From Malacoraja senta (Eukaryota), in the NCBI GenBank assembly GCA_038087875.1, contig CM075979.1, positions 10,230,001 to 10,294,000 on the forward strand: a stretch of DNA of 64,000 nt. Direction: 5' to 3'. Positions 1-11,630 of the stretch are shown here, piece by piece; within the stretch, counting starts at the first letter, position 1, and the number at the start of each line of letters is the position of its first letter. A program made the position numbers and the translations under genes. The notes below the pieces were generated by a model. The model ran no database searches and was not told the DNA's origin. It was given only the letters and a program-made list of their open reading frames with translations.

Positions 1-399
1 GCGGGTCAGGCAGCATCTCCGGAGTAAAAGGATCCCATCATTTTTCTCTAGAGATGCTGCCTGACCCGTTGTGTTACTCCAGCACTTTGTATCTAACCTC
101 CTGCTGAATTTTCTATTTTCACCCACTATCTTAATCACATCTTTCCTAGTATGTGGTGACCAGAACTGAAAACAATACTTAAAATGCAATCTAACCAATA
201 TTTTGAACACATGCATCAGGATGTCCCAATCCTTGCTGTCATTACCTTGGCCGATGAAGGCAAATGTGCCACATACCTTCCTCATCACCTGTCTACGTGT
301 GTTCCCAATGTCAGGGAGCCATGTACTTATCCAAGGTCCCACTGTTTTATTTACTCCGTAGTTCAACTTCATGGAGCAGAATTGCATTTCTATACTGGA

Positions 400-560
400 T
401 ACAAGGAACTGCGGATGCTGATTTACAAAAAAAGACACAAAGTGCTGGAGTAACTCAGCGGGTCAGGCAGCAACTCTGGAGTACAAAATAGATACAAAGT
501 GCTGGAGCATATCCAGAGATGTTGCCTGACCCGTTGAGTTACTCCAACACCCTGTATCTT
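400..560. mobile_element. Penelope pseudo-LTR-derived palindromic remnant (a similar remnant lies at 1-100)
   Basis: aaggaactgcggatgctg...gacacaaagtgctggagtaactcagcgggtcaggcagc followed by its inverted copy; the same motif follows GIY-YIG fragments elsewhere in the window. Confidence 0.65.
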
Positions 561-578
561 TTTTTTATAGTACATTTC

Positions 579-830
579 TGTTCAACGATGAGACCCACAT
601 GCTGAGGTTATAACTCATAGTCTTTATTGCAGTACAAGCGGTGGGAACATGACATGCTTTCATCCCCGTGGTCTGCATCAAATCTGCCGAGAAATAGTGA
701 CCCACTAACTTAACAAGACCGGCAGTCCAGGGTAGGGATGAAGATCTGGACTGGACCACATAAGGAATGTGCAGCATGCATAATCTGTGTGGTGATATAT
801 ATATATATAATAAAGACAGACTAATCTACA
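579..830 (-). repeat. 3' LTR
   Basis: Minus strand TGTAGATTAG...TTGAACA, preceded by a purine tract; contains AATAAA and a (TA)n run. Confidence 0.93.
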
Positions 831-842
831 TTCTTCCTCTTA
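831..842 (-). other. Polypurine tract
   Basis: AAGAGGAAGAA directly before the TG of the 3' LTR. Confidence 0.8.
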
Positions 843-952
843 AGGAATTAACTCATAATAAAATAGATATGATCATCGCATGCAAAATATAGGTACCACT
901 GATTGCATGTGGTAGGTGTAAGTAAGCTGAAGGGAATAACACCAGAGGCAGT

Positions 953-1350
953 TCAAACGTAATCCGGGTACTTTAGGGTGGGCTTGCAGATGCGACCTGC
1001 ACGTGTACGGTACAGCCCTGCTCTTCCTCCCTTCACCGGAGATGTGATCCGTGGTAGAACAGGTGCAGGAGATTGAAACGGCATCCCCGGCGATGAATCT
1101 GGAGACCTTGGCAGGGGTCGAGGTGGCGTGGTCGTGGGCGAAATGACCGGATCAGGAGCGGATGGCAACGATGGTATGGTCGGGCCGGTGCCGTTGGATG
1201 GGGATGGAAGTATAGCTGTGCGGTCAGGATAATACGGAGGTGGTGCTGGTTCGTTCACAGGCAGGATGTGCCGTCTATTACATCTGTAGGTGCCGCCATC
1301 GGCATTGACCAGATGTGAACGTGGTTCGGGAGCAGTTCCACAAATTGCAC
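953..1350 (-). pseudogene. Gypsy pol/integrase C-terminal remnant
   Basis: PRSHLVNADGGTYRCNRRHIL (cf. PRSYxV...RRNRRHL), a Pro-rich linker and YRTRAGRICKPTLKYPDYV*, typical of Gypsy integrase tails. Confidence 0.8.
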
Positions 1351-1383
1351 CGAGGCGGTTTCCGATTGGAGGCGTGTGTTCGG

Positions 1384-1401
1384 ATCCCACTTCTGACACC
1401 A
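1384..1401 (-). other. Primer binding site complementary to the tRNA-Leu 3' end
   Basis: TGGTGTCAGAAGTGGGAT immediately after the 5' LTR; complement of ...AUCCCACUUCUGACACCA, the 3' end of vertebrate tRNA-Leu(CAG/CAA). Confidence 0.85.
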
Positions 1402-1649
1402 TGTTGAATGATGACACCCACACACAGAGGTTATAACTCATAGTCTTTATTGCAGTACAAGCGGTGGGAACACGACATGCTTTCATCCCCGTGGTCTGCA
1501 TCAAATCTGCCGAGAGACAGTGACGCACTAATTTAACAAGACCGGCAGTCCAGGGTAGGGATGAAGATCTGGATTGGACTACATAAGGAATGTGCAGCAT
1601 GCATAATCTGTGTGGTGATATATATATAGTAAAGACAGACTGATCTACA
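1402..1649 (-). repeat. 5' LTR
   Basis: Minus strand TGTAGATCAG...TTCAACA, directly followed by the PBS; direct repeat of 579-830. Confidence 0.93.
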
Positions 1650-1805
1650 ATTTCTATGCTGTCTTTCACAACATCAAAGTTTCACTGAATATTTCACCAC
1701 CAATGAATCATAGGTACAGGAATAAAATGTATGCTGTGAAGACCCAGCTGCTCTGGCAGCATCTGTTGAAAGTGTAACAGGTTCAATGGCCCGAAACATT
1801 CTTAT

Positions 1806-2092
1806 CTTTAGTTTATAGAGGTGCAGCATGGAAATAGGCCATTTGGCACACCAAGTCCACGCCAACCATTGATCAGCCATTCAGTTATCCCACAAACTAA
1901 GGACAATTTACATAGACCAATTAACCTACAAACCTGCAAGTGTTTGAAATGTGGGAGGAAACTGGGGCACCCGGAGAAAACCCACGCAGTCGCAGGGAGA
2001 ACGTACAAAGCCTGCAAAGACAACACCCATAGTGAGGATCGAATCTGGGACTCTGGTGCTGTGAGGCAGCAGCTCTACCGCTGTGCTGCCCA
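1806..2092 (-). mobile_element. tRNA-derived V-SINE (HE1-like)
   Basis: tRNA-like head, V-domain (ttcctcccaca...ggtttgtaggttaattgg) and CR1-type tail ending ctaaa. Confidence 0.85.
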
Positions 2093-2325
2093 TAAAAGTT
2101 GCCTCAAGGTCTTTTGACCTTGCCTCTGTCAAGCACAAACAGGGAAGGCAGAGCACGAGGCCTTGATCCCTAGCTGCAGGGTGAGATGGACAGGTAGTGT
2201 GTAGGAGGGAGTGGATGGGATGCGTATTGCCTGTTTTTTTCTCTTTGGACTCTGTGAGGCGTGGCGATGTTTTTGAGATGTACCCCTGGTGCACATCTTG
2301 CACGGGCCAACCCTGTCTTTACTAA

Positions 2326-2802
2326 AGATAGACACAAAATGCTAGAGTAACACTGCAGGACAGGCAGCACCTCTGGAGAGAAGAAACGGGTGACATTTCG
2401 GGTCAAGACCCTTCCTCAGACTGAGAGTCCGGGGAGTGGGAGATATAGAGATATTGGAGGGTAAGGTGTGAAATAACCTTGCTTTCCCTCTCTCTCCATC
2501 CCTCCCCCATCCTAGTTCTCTGACTAGTTCCACTGTCCTCCTGATTACATTTCACTGATTGTATGCCTCGATGTCATCTTCCGCTAGCTAACAATGATCC
2601 ATGCTCCATTTTCTTTGACCATCGTCCCCTTTGATCTCTCGTTTTCATACTTTACCCTTCCATATCTCTATGTCTCTCTCTCCCCTGCCTCTCAGTCTGC
2701 AGAAGGGACTTGACCCAAAATGTCACCCATTCCTTCTCTGCAGAGTTATTCAAGCATTTTGTGTCTATCTTCGGTGTAAACCAGCATCTGCAGTTCCTTC
2801 CT
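2326..2802 (+). mobile_element. Penelope 3' end with inverted pLTR
   Basis: Inverted pLTR at 2326-2470, pyrimidine-rich 3' UTR, then a sense pLTR with a degenerate CTGANGA...GAAA core ending gcatctgcagttcctt. Confidence 0.7.
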
Positions 2803-2880
2803 GCACTATCCTCACTGATACAATTATGTGCCATCTGCTAACCACTCAAAGGAGATTCCGGAATAGTGTCATCTACCCAC

Positions 2881-3289
2881 CAAAGATCCTATAGCAAGCA
2901 AGATAGATCACTCGACGAAAAAGACGTAGTACGGTCATGGGCAGATTCATGGGTCATTTTCGGCCCCATTTCCGTAACCGGCTTCTGTGTCCGCACCAAA
3001 GATCCCATAGCGGAGCAAAGATACTAGTACAGAGACGGAAGCCAGTTACGGAAACATCCTCGTAAAAATAAAAGTTCTTTGGTAAAAATCTTCTCCTCAT
3101 TTTCAGAATTATAATTTATTAACACAAACTGTTCCCCCGCAACGTTGATTACACTGCGAGTCGGGTCGGGTCGGGTCGGGTCTGGTTACTGAAATGGATG
3201 GGAAAAAGGCCCACGTTCCGCTCCGTTGCGTACTACACGTCAGCCCATTGCATTTAGCAGGTCTATCTTGCTCCGCTATAGGATCTTTG
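2881..3289. mobile_element. Non-autonomous DNA transposon (MITE) with 8-bp TSD (hAT- or P-like)
   Basis: TIRs CAAAGATCCTATAGC..AGCAAGATAGA / TCTATCTTGCTCCGCTATAGGATCTTTG; flanks ctacccac / ctccccac (7 of 8 match). Confidence 0.8.
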
Positions 3290-4212
3290 CTCCCCACCAA
3301 CCCTGTGTGTGCCAAACTCACATGCTCTTCCACTGAGTTATCCTCATATCCAATTGGAAGTGGAAACAGTGGGATTTTCTTTAGTGCCTTGGCTAGAGTT
3401 AGAATAGTCTTGGATTGAATTGAGGACCTAGATTAGGTTAGCAACTCATTTCCTTAACCAGCTACGCCAAGAGAGAGGGAGATCTTACATCAATCTTCAA
3501 ACATATTCGTGATGGCTTGAAAAACAACAGCAGATTAATCTCCTCAGCTCAATATTTGGGCACATATTAATACAGGGTAAGGGAATTTAGGAGTTCATTT
3601 GAAGCGTAATGTTTTTATGATGTTCTAGCTGCAAAAGGAAATTAATTATTGACTGTTCACTAAACCAGCTGTTAATCTTTACGATGAAGAGTTGAAGCGG
3701 CAATAAAATGCTTGAAGCACAACAGATCCAGTCGGGTTACTACATGCAATTTAAGGCCAGGTAAATGAAAAATATTATTTGACGGAGGTTTTGTATTAAT
3801 GGAACCCAGTGTGTTCCAACATCGTTCTCTCACCTCTTAGAGATGCAGGCTCTGCTTTAGTTCCCAGTGGTACAGACTGTACAGCGGAGAGCTGCCCTCA
3901 GAATCCAACACTAATTGCCTTTTATTTGTTTTGTTCTCTCTGCTGAGAGAGAATATAATGAGGTGGCGAAATGTCCGGGATGTGCATTGTTGTGTAGTTC
4001 AGACAATGTGTAACCACTTCCCTCAGGTATTATTGCCATGCCTGCCTGACATCCTCCGGACACTCCTGTGATTTATGATTTATTCACTCCGCAAAGTATT
4101 TCCGTCGATACAGGCCAGAAAATAGCCTCGAATAATCAAACCTCATTAGAGCAAAAGGCACCGTTAAGGGGGAGTGAAAAACCAAATGAATAATCAATGT
4201 GGGCAGTGCTCA

Positions 4213-4760
4213 AGATAGACACAAAGTGCTGGAGTAACCCAGTGGGTCAGGCAGCAAATCTGGAGAAATGGAATTGGTGACGTTTCTGATCGAAGCCCTT
4301 GCTTCTTGGTTCTTGGTCCTCCAAAATATTCCAAATGGAATTTAAACTGGTGGTGTCGGAGGGTGGACTTACGCAAAAAAAGGGTTCTTGAAGAAGAACT
4401 ACTCAGACTGAGGGTCAGGGGAGAGGGAAACTAGAGGTATGAAAAGGTTCGGAACAAATCAAAGCCCGATGACCAAGGAAAGGTGGGGCCCACAATGGTC
4501 CATTGTTGCCCGTGGAAGAGGTGATAACGAAGGGATGTATGGATGGGAACAGTGAAACAAGCAGGACCACTGGGGCAGGGGAGGGTCGGAGAGAGAGGAA
4601 ATGCAGGGATTACTTGAAATGAGAGAAATCAACGTTCATACCACTGGGTTGTAAGCTGTCCAAGTGAAATATGAGGTGCTGTTCCTCCAATTTGCGCTTG
4701 GCCTCACCCAGGACAGAAAGGTCAGTATGGGAATGAGAAGGGCAGTTAAAATGTTTGGGA
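4213..4760 (-). mobile_element. Penelope-like element 3' fragment
   Basis: The reverse strand encodes a degenerate RKLEEQHLIFHLDSLQPSGMN GIY-YIG tail, followed by the UTR and pLTR. Confidence 0.75.
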
Positions 4761-5804
4761 GATCACATAGGCCAAAGCAGACTCAACTTCAGCAAGCTCT
4801 CCAGATTCTGCTTGTTGTAGGTGTACAGAAGACAATTGTAGCTCTGTTTATGTGTGCTTGGATATTGTAGATCTTAGCATGCATGCAATATCTCGACACA
4901 ATGCACATACCTATTGGCATCATAGCAAACCATCCAAATAGAACTGAGGGAGGAGTGCAGCAAAGGTAATGTGTTTCGTCCATTCCACCTGATTAATGAT
5001 TTATGTAAATTTGCCTTCCACGCCAGGTTAGATCCTGACTGTCTGTGTGGAGTTTGCATGTTCCTCCAGTGACCACATTGGTTTCCTCCGGCTGCTCCAG
5101 TTTCCTCCCTCATCCCAATGCCTCCGTAAATTGTGTAGGGACTGGAAGCGAAAGTGGCATAACATAGAACTAGTAAAACGGGTGATGGTTGGTCAACATG
5201 GACTCAGTGGGCCGAAGGGCCTGTTTCCATGCGGCATCTTTCAACCAATCATTTTCAAATATTCCTGCTGATATATGGGAGAAGTGAACACAGTGGGATC
5301 ATCAGTGATTTTATGGAGCACACAGATATTTTCTTTGCTGGCTGTAATGATATCTACATTCATAATTTCAGCAGAACCAAGGTTACTCTGTGAGTCCTTT
5401 GTTGCTGCAATTGGCAGTGGAATGTTAATTTTTCCCAGACTCGAGAATATACATATCCTTGAATATCCAATCCCGCATGAAGCCAGCACTCAAATCTTAC
5501 TGTACATCACAGCATCGCTTTATAACTTTCCCTGCATACTTCCTTACTTATATCAAAACAAAACCTTAGTCCTTGTCTGTACCTGGTCACTCCCAGAAGG
5601 AGCAGATGAATAAAGATAATGCACGACTGATAGACTAATTTGACATTGTTGGTATGATTTACTATCAGGCAGATTCCTTGACTTGCAAGCCAATGTCTTC
5701 CTGTCCCTTCTCCTTCTCCCACAAGATGTAGAGACCGTGCTGGTAAAACAAATAGTAAAAATTGAACAAGTAAACACTAAAGTGGTAAACAAGTAAACAG
5801 AAGT

Positions 5805-6612
5805 ATAAAATCATAAGATAAATTGATCGGGTAGATGCACAGAGTCTCTTGCCTAGAGTAGGGGAATCGAGAACCAGAGGATATTGATTTAAGATATGGG
5901 GGAAAGATTTAATAGGGTCCTGAGGGGTAAAGGGCCTGTCCCACGAGCATGCGACTGCATGCGGCAAGCGCGACCAAACCGGAAGCGGGGGCCGCGCGGA
6001 GGTCGAGTGATTGACGTGAAGTTCGAGCGAAGTCCGCGGGAAGTTCGCGCGTGACGTACGGCGTCAAGACGCTGCGTACGGCGTTGGGACGGTGCATACG
6101 CCGTTGAGGCGGTGCGTGCAGCGTCGAGGCGGTGCATGCGGCCTCCATGCGGTAGCGGGCGGCCTTCATGCGGCAGTGGGCCGGCAGGCCTTTGCCGCAC
6201 GGTATTTTTGAACACTCAGTTTTTCGAAGCCCCACGTGATGTCAGGACCAGCTCCGCACAACTCCATGCGGCTCCCGCGATCGAAGTGGGACCGGCCCCG
6301 CGAGGCCGCACGGCTAGCGCGACCACGTTAGGTCGGGCTTGCCGCATGCAGTCGCATGCTCGTGGGACAGGCCCTTAACTTTCACAAGCAAAGGTTGGTG
6401 GGTGTATGGAACAAGCTGCCAGATGAGGTAGTTGAGGCAGGGACTATTGCAACGTTTAAAAAACAATTAGACAGGTACAGGGATAGGACAGGTTTAGAGG
6501 GATATATGGGCCAAACGCAGGCAGGTGGGATTAGTGTTGATGGGACTTGTTGGTCGGTGTGGGCAAGTTGGGCTGAAGGGCCTGTTTTCACGCTGTATGA
6601 CTCTATGACTCT
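5805..6612 (+). mobile_element. CR1 (HER1-like) LINE 3' fragment interrupted by a MITE
   Basis: CR1 ORF2 C-terminal residues (RLVGVWNKLPDEVVEAG) and tail gggctgaagggcctgttt...tatgactctatgactct. Confidence 0.85.
5931..6375. mobile_element. PIF/Harbinger-type MITE, CpG-rich
   Basis: 45-bp TIR AGGGCCTGTCCCACGAGCATGCGACTGCATGCGGCAAGC... (1 mismatch), TAA TSD (5928-5930, 6376-6378); the host CR1 is restored on excision. Confidence 0.92.
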
Positions 6613-6789
6613 AAAAGCAAAAATGGCTGAGAAGGAATAAACATAGAACATAGTACACAGGATAGTACAGGACAGGAAGAGGCCCATCAGCCCACAATAT
6701 TTGTGCTGAACATGATGCTGTTCAACTGATCTCCTCTGCCTGTACTTGTCCATATCCATCTATTCCCTGCACTTCCACGTGCCCATCCA

Positions 6790-7810
6790 AAAGGATATTA
6801 GCTGTAAGGTGTGGTTGGACAAACTTGGATTGTTTTCTCTGGAGAGTAGCAGGGTAAGGGAAGACCCAATAGAAGCATATAAAAATATGAGATGCAGCGA
6901 CAGGGTATATAGTCAGAACTTTTTTCCCAGGGTGGAAATATCAAAGATCAGAGAGCATAGTTTTAAGGTGAGAGGGGAAAAGTTTAAAAGAAACTAGACT
7001 AAGTGCAGAGTTAGTCTGCTCCCCCAAAGCAATATTCCACCACTCACCCGTTCCCCCAACGCAACCCGTTCCCCCAAGGCAATATTCCACCACTCACCCA
7101 TAGCCCCCAACTGCGCAGGCACAGTTCATTTCCCCATATCCTCCTACTGACCGACTGAGGCGCCAGGCAATGCTGGGCAAGGCGGGCGCCGCCGGTGATA
7201 GACAGCGGACGCAAACAATCAGTGCGGCGATGGTGCAGGAAGGGGCGTCGCCATCCCGGCCATGGCAGTGACTGACAGGAGAGGAGACCAATCTGTGTGG
7301 TGGTGACTAACAGGAGAGGAGACCAATCTGTGCATGCGCAGCTTTTAAGATTTTTAAACTTTAATAACTTTTAAAACATACCACCGATCGGAACAAAACT
7401 TGTTGCACTTGCAGCACAGGAGAATGGTGAGTAAGGTGGCGAAAATTCGTAGCGCTATCCTGTACCATTGTTGCGCAAATAGAAAAACAACGCAAACCGG
7501 AAGATAAGATGAGAGTTTTGGTTATAGATATAGATATATAGATAGATAGATAGATAGATAGATAGATGTGCAGGGCAAGTTTTTTGCAAAGAATGGTTGG
7601 AGCCTGGAACATGCTCCCAGGGTTGGTGGTGGAAGCAGATACAGTAGTGATGTTCAAAGATACTAGAGGAGGCTCCTTTAGTATCTTTGGTGATGTTTGA
7701 GAGGCTTTTAGGTCGGCACATGGCTTATGCAGAGAATGCAGGGGTATGTATCACATGCAGGCATTGGAGATTAGTTTAACTTGGGATCATGTTGGTCACA
7801 GACATTATAA
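6790..7810 (+). mobile_element. CR1 LINE 3' fragment interrupted by a Helitron
   Basis: WLDKLGLFSLE...FKVRGEKFK before 6994 resumes as atgtgcagggcaagtttttt after 7566. Confidence 0.8.
6994..7566 (-). mobile_element. Non-autonomous Helitron
   Basis: Minus strand 5'-TC(TATC)n ... CTAG-3', inserted between host A and T with no TSD; short subterminal hairpin gcaga-gttag-tctgc (7005-7019). Confidence 0.85.
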
Positions 7811-7817
7811 CCAAATA

Positions 7818-8575
7818 ACCATATAACAATTACAGCACGGAAACAGGCCATCTCGGCCCTTCTAGTCCGTGCCGAACACTTACTCTCACCTAGTCCCATC
7901 TACCTGCACTCAGAACATAACCCTCCATTCCCTTCCCATCCATATACCTATCCAATTCATTTTTAAATGATAAAATCGAACCTGCCTCCACTACTTCCAC
8001 TGGAAGCTCATTCCACACAGCTACCACTCTCTGAGTAAAGAAGTTCCCCCTCATGTTACCCCTAAACATTTGTCCCTTAATTCTCAAATCATGTCCTCTT
8101 GTTTGAATCTTCCCTACTCTCAATGGGAAAAGCTTATCCACGTCAACTCTGTCTATCCCTCTCATAATTTTAAAGACCTCTATCAAGTCCCCCCTTAACC
8201 TTCTGTGCTCCAAAGAATAAAGACCTATCTTGTTCAACCTTTCTCTGTAACGTAGGTGCTGAAACCCAGGCAACATTCTAGTAAATCTCCTCTGTACTCT
8301 CTCTATTTTGTTGACATCTTTCCTATAATTGGGCGACCAAAATTGTACACCATACTCCAGAATTGGCCTCACCAATGCCTTGTACAATTTTAACATTACA
8401 TCCCAACTTCTATACTCAATGCTCTGATTTATAAAGGCCAGCACACCAAAAGCTTTCTTTACCACCCTATCTACATGAGATTCCACCTTCAGGGAACTAT
8501 GCACAGTTATTCCTAGATCCCTCTGTTCAACTGCATTCTGCAATTCGCTACCATTTACCATGTACGTCCTATTGT
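7818..8575 (-). pseudogene. CR1 LINE ORF2 C-terminal fragment (uninterrupted ~230 codons) plus 3' UTR
   Basis: QRDLGITVHSSLK...KLYKALVRPILEYGVQFWSP...RRLRGDLIEVFKI...FFTQRVV..WNELP; 5'-truncated. Confidence 0.92.
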
Positions 8576-8837
8576 GGGATGAGGGGCCTGTTCCTGTTCT
8601 GTATACTATCTCCCAGTCACTTCTCACTAATGCAGTGTTTCTGCAGATTTGTATTGTGTTGTATTGTCTTCTAGATCTGCTTTTAAAGTTATGGACTAGG
8701 AGAAATAGCCATTATGGTTCGAACTAATTCCTTCAGAATCACAAAACTTAAAATCAAATCATCTCTCTACCCCTTCTTTGCCAATACTTTAAATTCTGTT
8801 GCTGATTTCTTAACTACCCCAGACAAGGTATCATTTA

Positions 8838-9158
8838 CTTTAGTTTAGTTTAGTTTTAGAAATACAGTGCGGAAACAGACCCTTCAGCCCATCGTGTCCC
8901 CATTGACCAACGATCCCTGTACACTAACACTAACACTACCCTACACACACACCGGGGGCAATTTTTACACAAGGCAATTAAACTACAAACCTGCACGTTC
9001 TTGGAGTGTGGGAGGAAACCTGAGCAACTGGAGAAAACCCACGCAGGTCACGGGGAGAACGTACAAACTCCGTACAGACAGTACCCTGTAGTCAGGATCG
9101 AACCCGGGTCTCCGGCGCTGTAAGGCGGCATCTCTACCACTGCACCACCGTGCTGCCC
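8838..9158 (-). mobile_element. V-SINE (HE1-like), full length
   Basis: A/B-box head, V-domain and (CTAAA)n tail. Confidence 0.9.
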
Positions 9159-10042
9159 TTAATCTTCAAATGAGCTGTGAATTTGTTATTTGGTGAATCT
9201 AGCATTGATGAAGGTTCTGAGTACACCTTGCAGTGATAATCTTTTGGAACTGTGACAATCTGATCTTCAATCAGCTCAAATCCTGCAGTCCAAATGTTGG
9301 TTCAGGCTGGTGTGATTTCAGATCCACTGGATGCTGAAGGAAGTCTTCATCTCAAGTACTTGATCACTGACACCTGTCGAAATGGCACAATGCACTTGGG
9401 TTTCTCAAGAGAAAGATGACTGAAAAAGACTGATGACTGTTCACAAAGTTGACCTCTCAACTCTCCCATCTTCTTGCATTTCCGGACCGTCGCTTCCTGA
9501 GTCAACTTGTCAGCCGTTTCTCAATTCCAACTGTTCCTCCAGCAACTTGCCTTTTGTTGCTCCAGGCTCCAGCATCTGCAGTCTCTAAAACCCCCACCTT
9601 ATTTTGAGGACACAAGGAACTGCAGAAGCTGGTTTACCAAAAAAGTTGATGGAGTGGATCAGGCAGCATCTCTCGAGAACGTGAATTGGCAACGTTTTGG
9701 GTCTGAAGAAAGGTCCTGACCTGAAACATCATCTATCGAGAGATGCTGCATGACCCGCTGAGTTACTCCAGCACTTTGTGATCTTACTTTGTATCTGGTC
9801 TCTGAAACATTTGCCCTAATTGCAGTTGTGTGCTGTCACCACCAGAGGTCCCCAAAGCTGCAGTATGTTGGAGGCAATGAGCTGCATTCGAAGATTTGAC
9901 TTCTGTAACAGAAATCCTCAATTGGAGCAGTTTTGGGAATTGTGGAATGGTAGCTTACAGAAGGAGCACACCAGCAGGTTTCATAACCCAGACACATGGA
10001 CCAACAGTCCCGAAACCTGGGTTCAGATCCCACCTCCAACAC

Positions 10043-10340
10043 TGGGCGGCACGGTGGCACAGCGGTAGAGTTGCCACTTCACAGCGCCAGAGACCCGGGT
10101 TCGATCCTGACTACGGGTGCTGTCTCTACAGAGCTTGCACACTCTCCCTGTGACTACATGGGTTTCTCCGGGTGCTCCAGTTTCCTCCCACATTCCAAAG
10201 ACCTGCAGGTTTGTAGATTAATTGGCTTCTGTAAATTGTCCCTAATGTGTAGGATAGAACGAGTGAATGGGGTGATTGATGGCCGGCACTGTCTCGGTGG
10301 GCCGAAGGGCCTGTGTCCATCCTGTATCTCTCCACTAAAC
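10043..10340 (+). mobile_element. V-SINE (HE1-like), full length
   Basis: gggcggcacggtggcacagcggtagag head, B box ggttcgatcc, V-domain, tail ggtgggccgaagggcctg. Confidence 0.9.
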
Positions 10341-11044
10341 TTCATGTTGAAGAGTCTGTTAGATAATCACGTGGATATGCAGGGAATGGAGGGATATGGA
10401 TCAGATGCAGTCTGAGGAGATTAGATCAACTTGGCATCGTGTTTGGCAGGGACATCGTGGGTTGAAGGCCCTGTTCCTATGATGTACTTTACTATGTTCT
10501 ATGTTATCAGCTGTGCACATAAGTGACTCCACAAGAGCAGGCCACGCCAACCCTGAAGGTTTTCCTTGCACAAACTATCCCTTTAAATATGCATCTTGGG
10601 AGCTCCGATAAAGCAAACATTTCCTCAGTGTAATCAAAACTATCCAGCAACCTTCAATTAGAAAACCTGCCTTTCATGCCAGCATGTATCGTGAGGATGG
10701 TGTGAATCAATGGCCCAAAGGTCTTTGGAGGCAAATGAAAGGAACTAGTCTTCCTGCAAACTGAGCTTAGTTAACTCAGCTCCCGATGAGAAAATTGGCA
10801 ATGGAGAAACTTGGTGATGAGGTTTTCTGAGAATCTCGTAGGCCTGCAGTGCAAATCTCACCATGGACCCTTTCCATCATCTGCCTCAGTTGGCAAAGTA
10901 TCACCTGCATGTGAATCAACGGCAAACTGGCTCATAGATGGATGGAGAAGTTGCCACAGAGAGGGAGAACATGGGACTTGTTGTGTATGTGCTGGTCATA
11001 GAAGGTCATGCAGACTAATCCTATCCACCAGCTTTAAATTCTTA

Positions 11045-11363
11045 AAGCCCTGTCCCACTGTACGAGTTCATTCAAAGTGTTCTCCCGAGTTGGCCCTGAT
11101 TCGAACTCTGAGATTTACGGTAATGGCCGCTCGTCGGTACTCGGGGCTCTCGTGGACATTTTTCAACATGTTGAAAAATCTTCACGAGTCTTCCCGAGTT
11201 TACCGCGTTTCCCGAGTACCTGCCGTTAGCGTTACGAGCCGCTAAGAGACGTCCCCGAGCTCTGACGTACCCGCTACGTTCATTCTACGTGCTTACCACG
11301 TGTTTGATTTTTTTTTAAACTCGGGAGAGCACTTGAATGAACTCGTACAGTGGGACAGGGCTT
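11045..11363. mobile_element. PIF/Harbinger-type MITE (family 2)
   Basis: TIR AAGCCCTGTCCCACTGTACGAGTTCATTCAA / reverse complement, TTA TSD (11042-11044, 11364-11366). Confidence 0.92.
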
Positions 11364-11469
11364 TTAGCCTTGCAGGTTACAACTTATCATGCACCCATCG
11401 AAGTAGAGTTTAAATGTGAGGAGGTGTTTTCCCTTCGATCATCCTTCCCAGCAGTGGGTTCCAGACCTC

Positions 11470-11630
11470 ACCTACGTCAAGCAGTTAACATATTCAACAA
11501 TTACTCACACCCCGATCATTCCCTCTTCTCCGTTCCCCCATCGGGCAGAAGATACAAAATCTTGATAGCACGGACTACCAGATTCAGGAACAGCTTAGAC
11601 TCAACTGTTATCAGAATCGAGAACTGAACT
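11470..11630 (+). mobile_element. Rex1/Babar LINE 3' fragment
   Basis: SHPDHSLFSVPPSGRRYK...TTRFRNS motif of the Rex1 RT C-terminus; its 3' UTR continues to ~12010 with a pLTR inserted at 11780-11930. Confidence 0.75.

Larger units (their letters stand above)
579..1649 (-). mobile_element. Internally deleted (TRIM-like) Ty3/Gypsy LTR retrotransposon
   Basis: Two ~250-bp TG...CA LTRs (1402-1649, 579-830), perfect 5-bp TSD ATTTC (574-578, 1650-1654), PBS, PPT and an integrase C-terminal remnant. Confidence 0.93.

Noticed and set aside
5241-5722. Possible host exon(s) in unique sequence
   Set aside because: No recognisable domain and no convincing splice-site pair; cannot be excluded without RNA-seq
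5889-6378. GC-rich overlapping ORFs or a host CpG-island promoter
   Set aside because: Entirely bounded by MITE TIRs and TSD; the open frames reflect GC content
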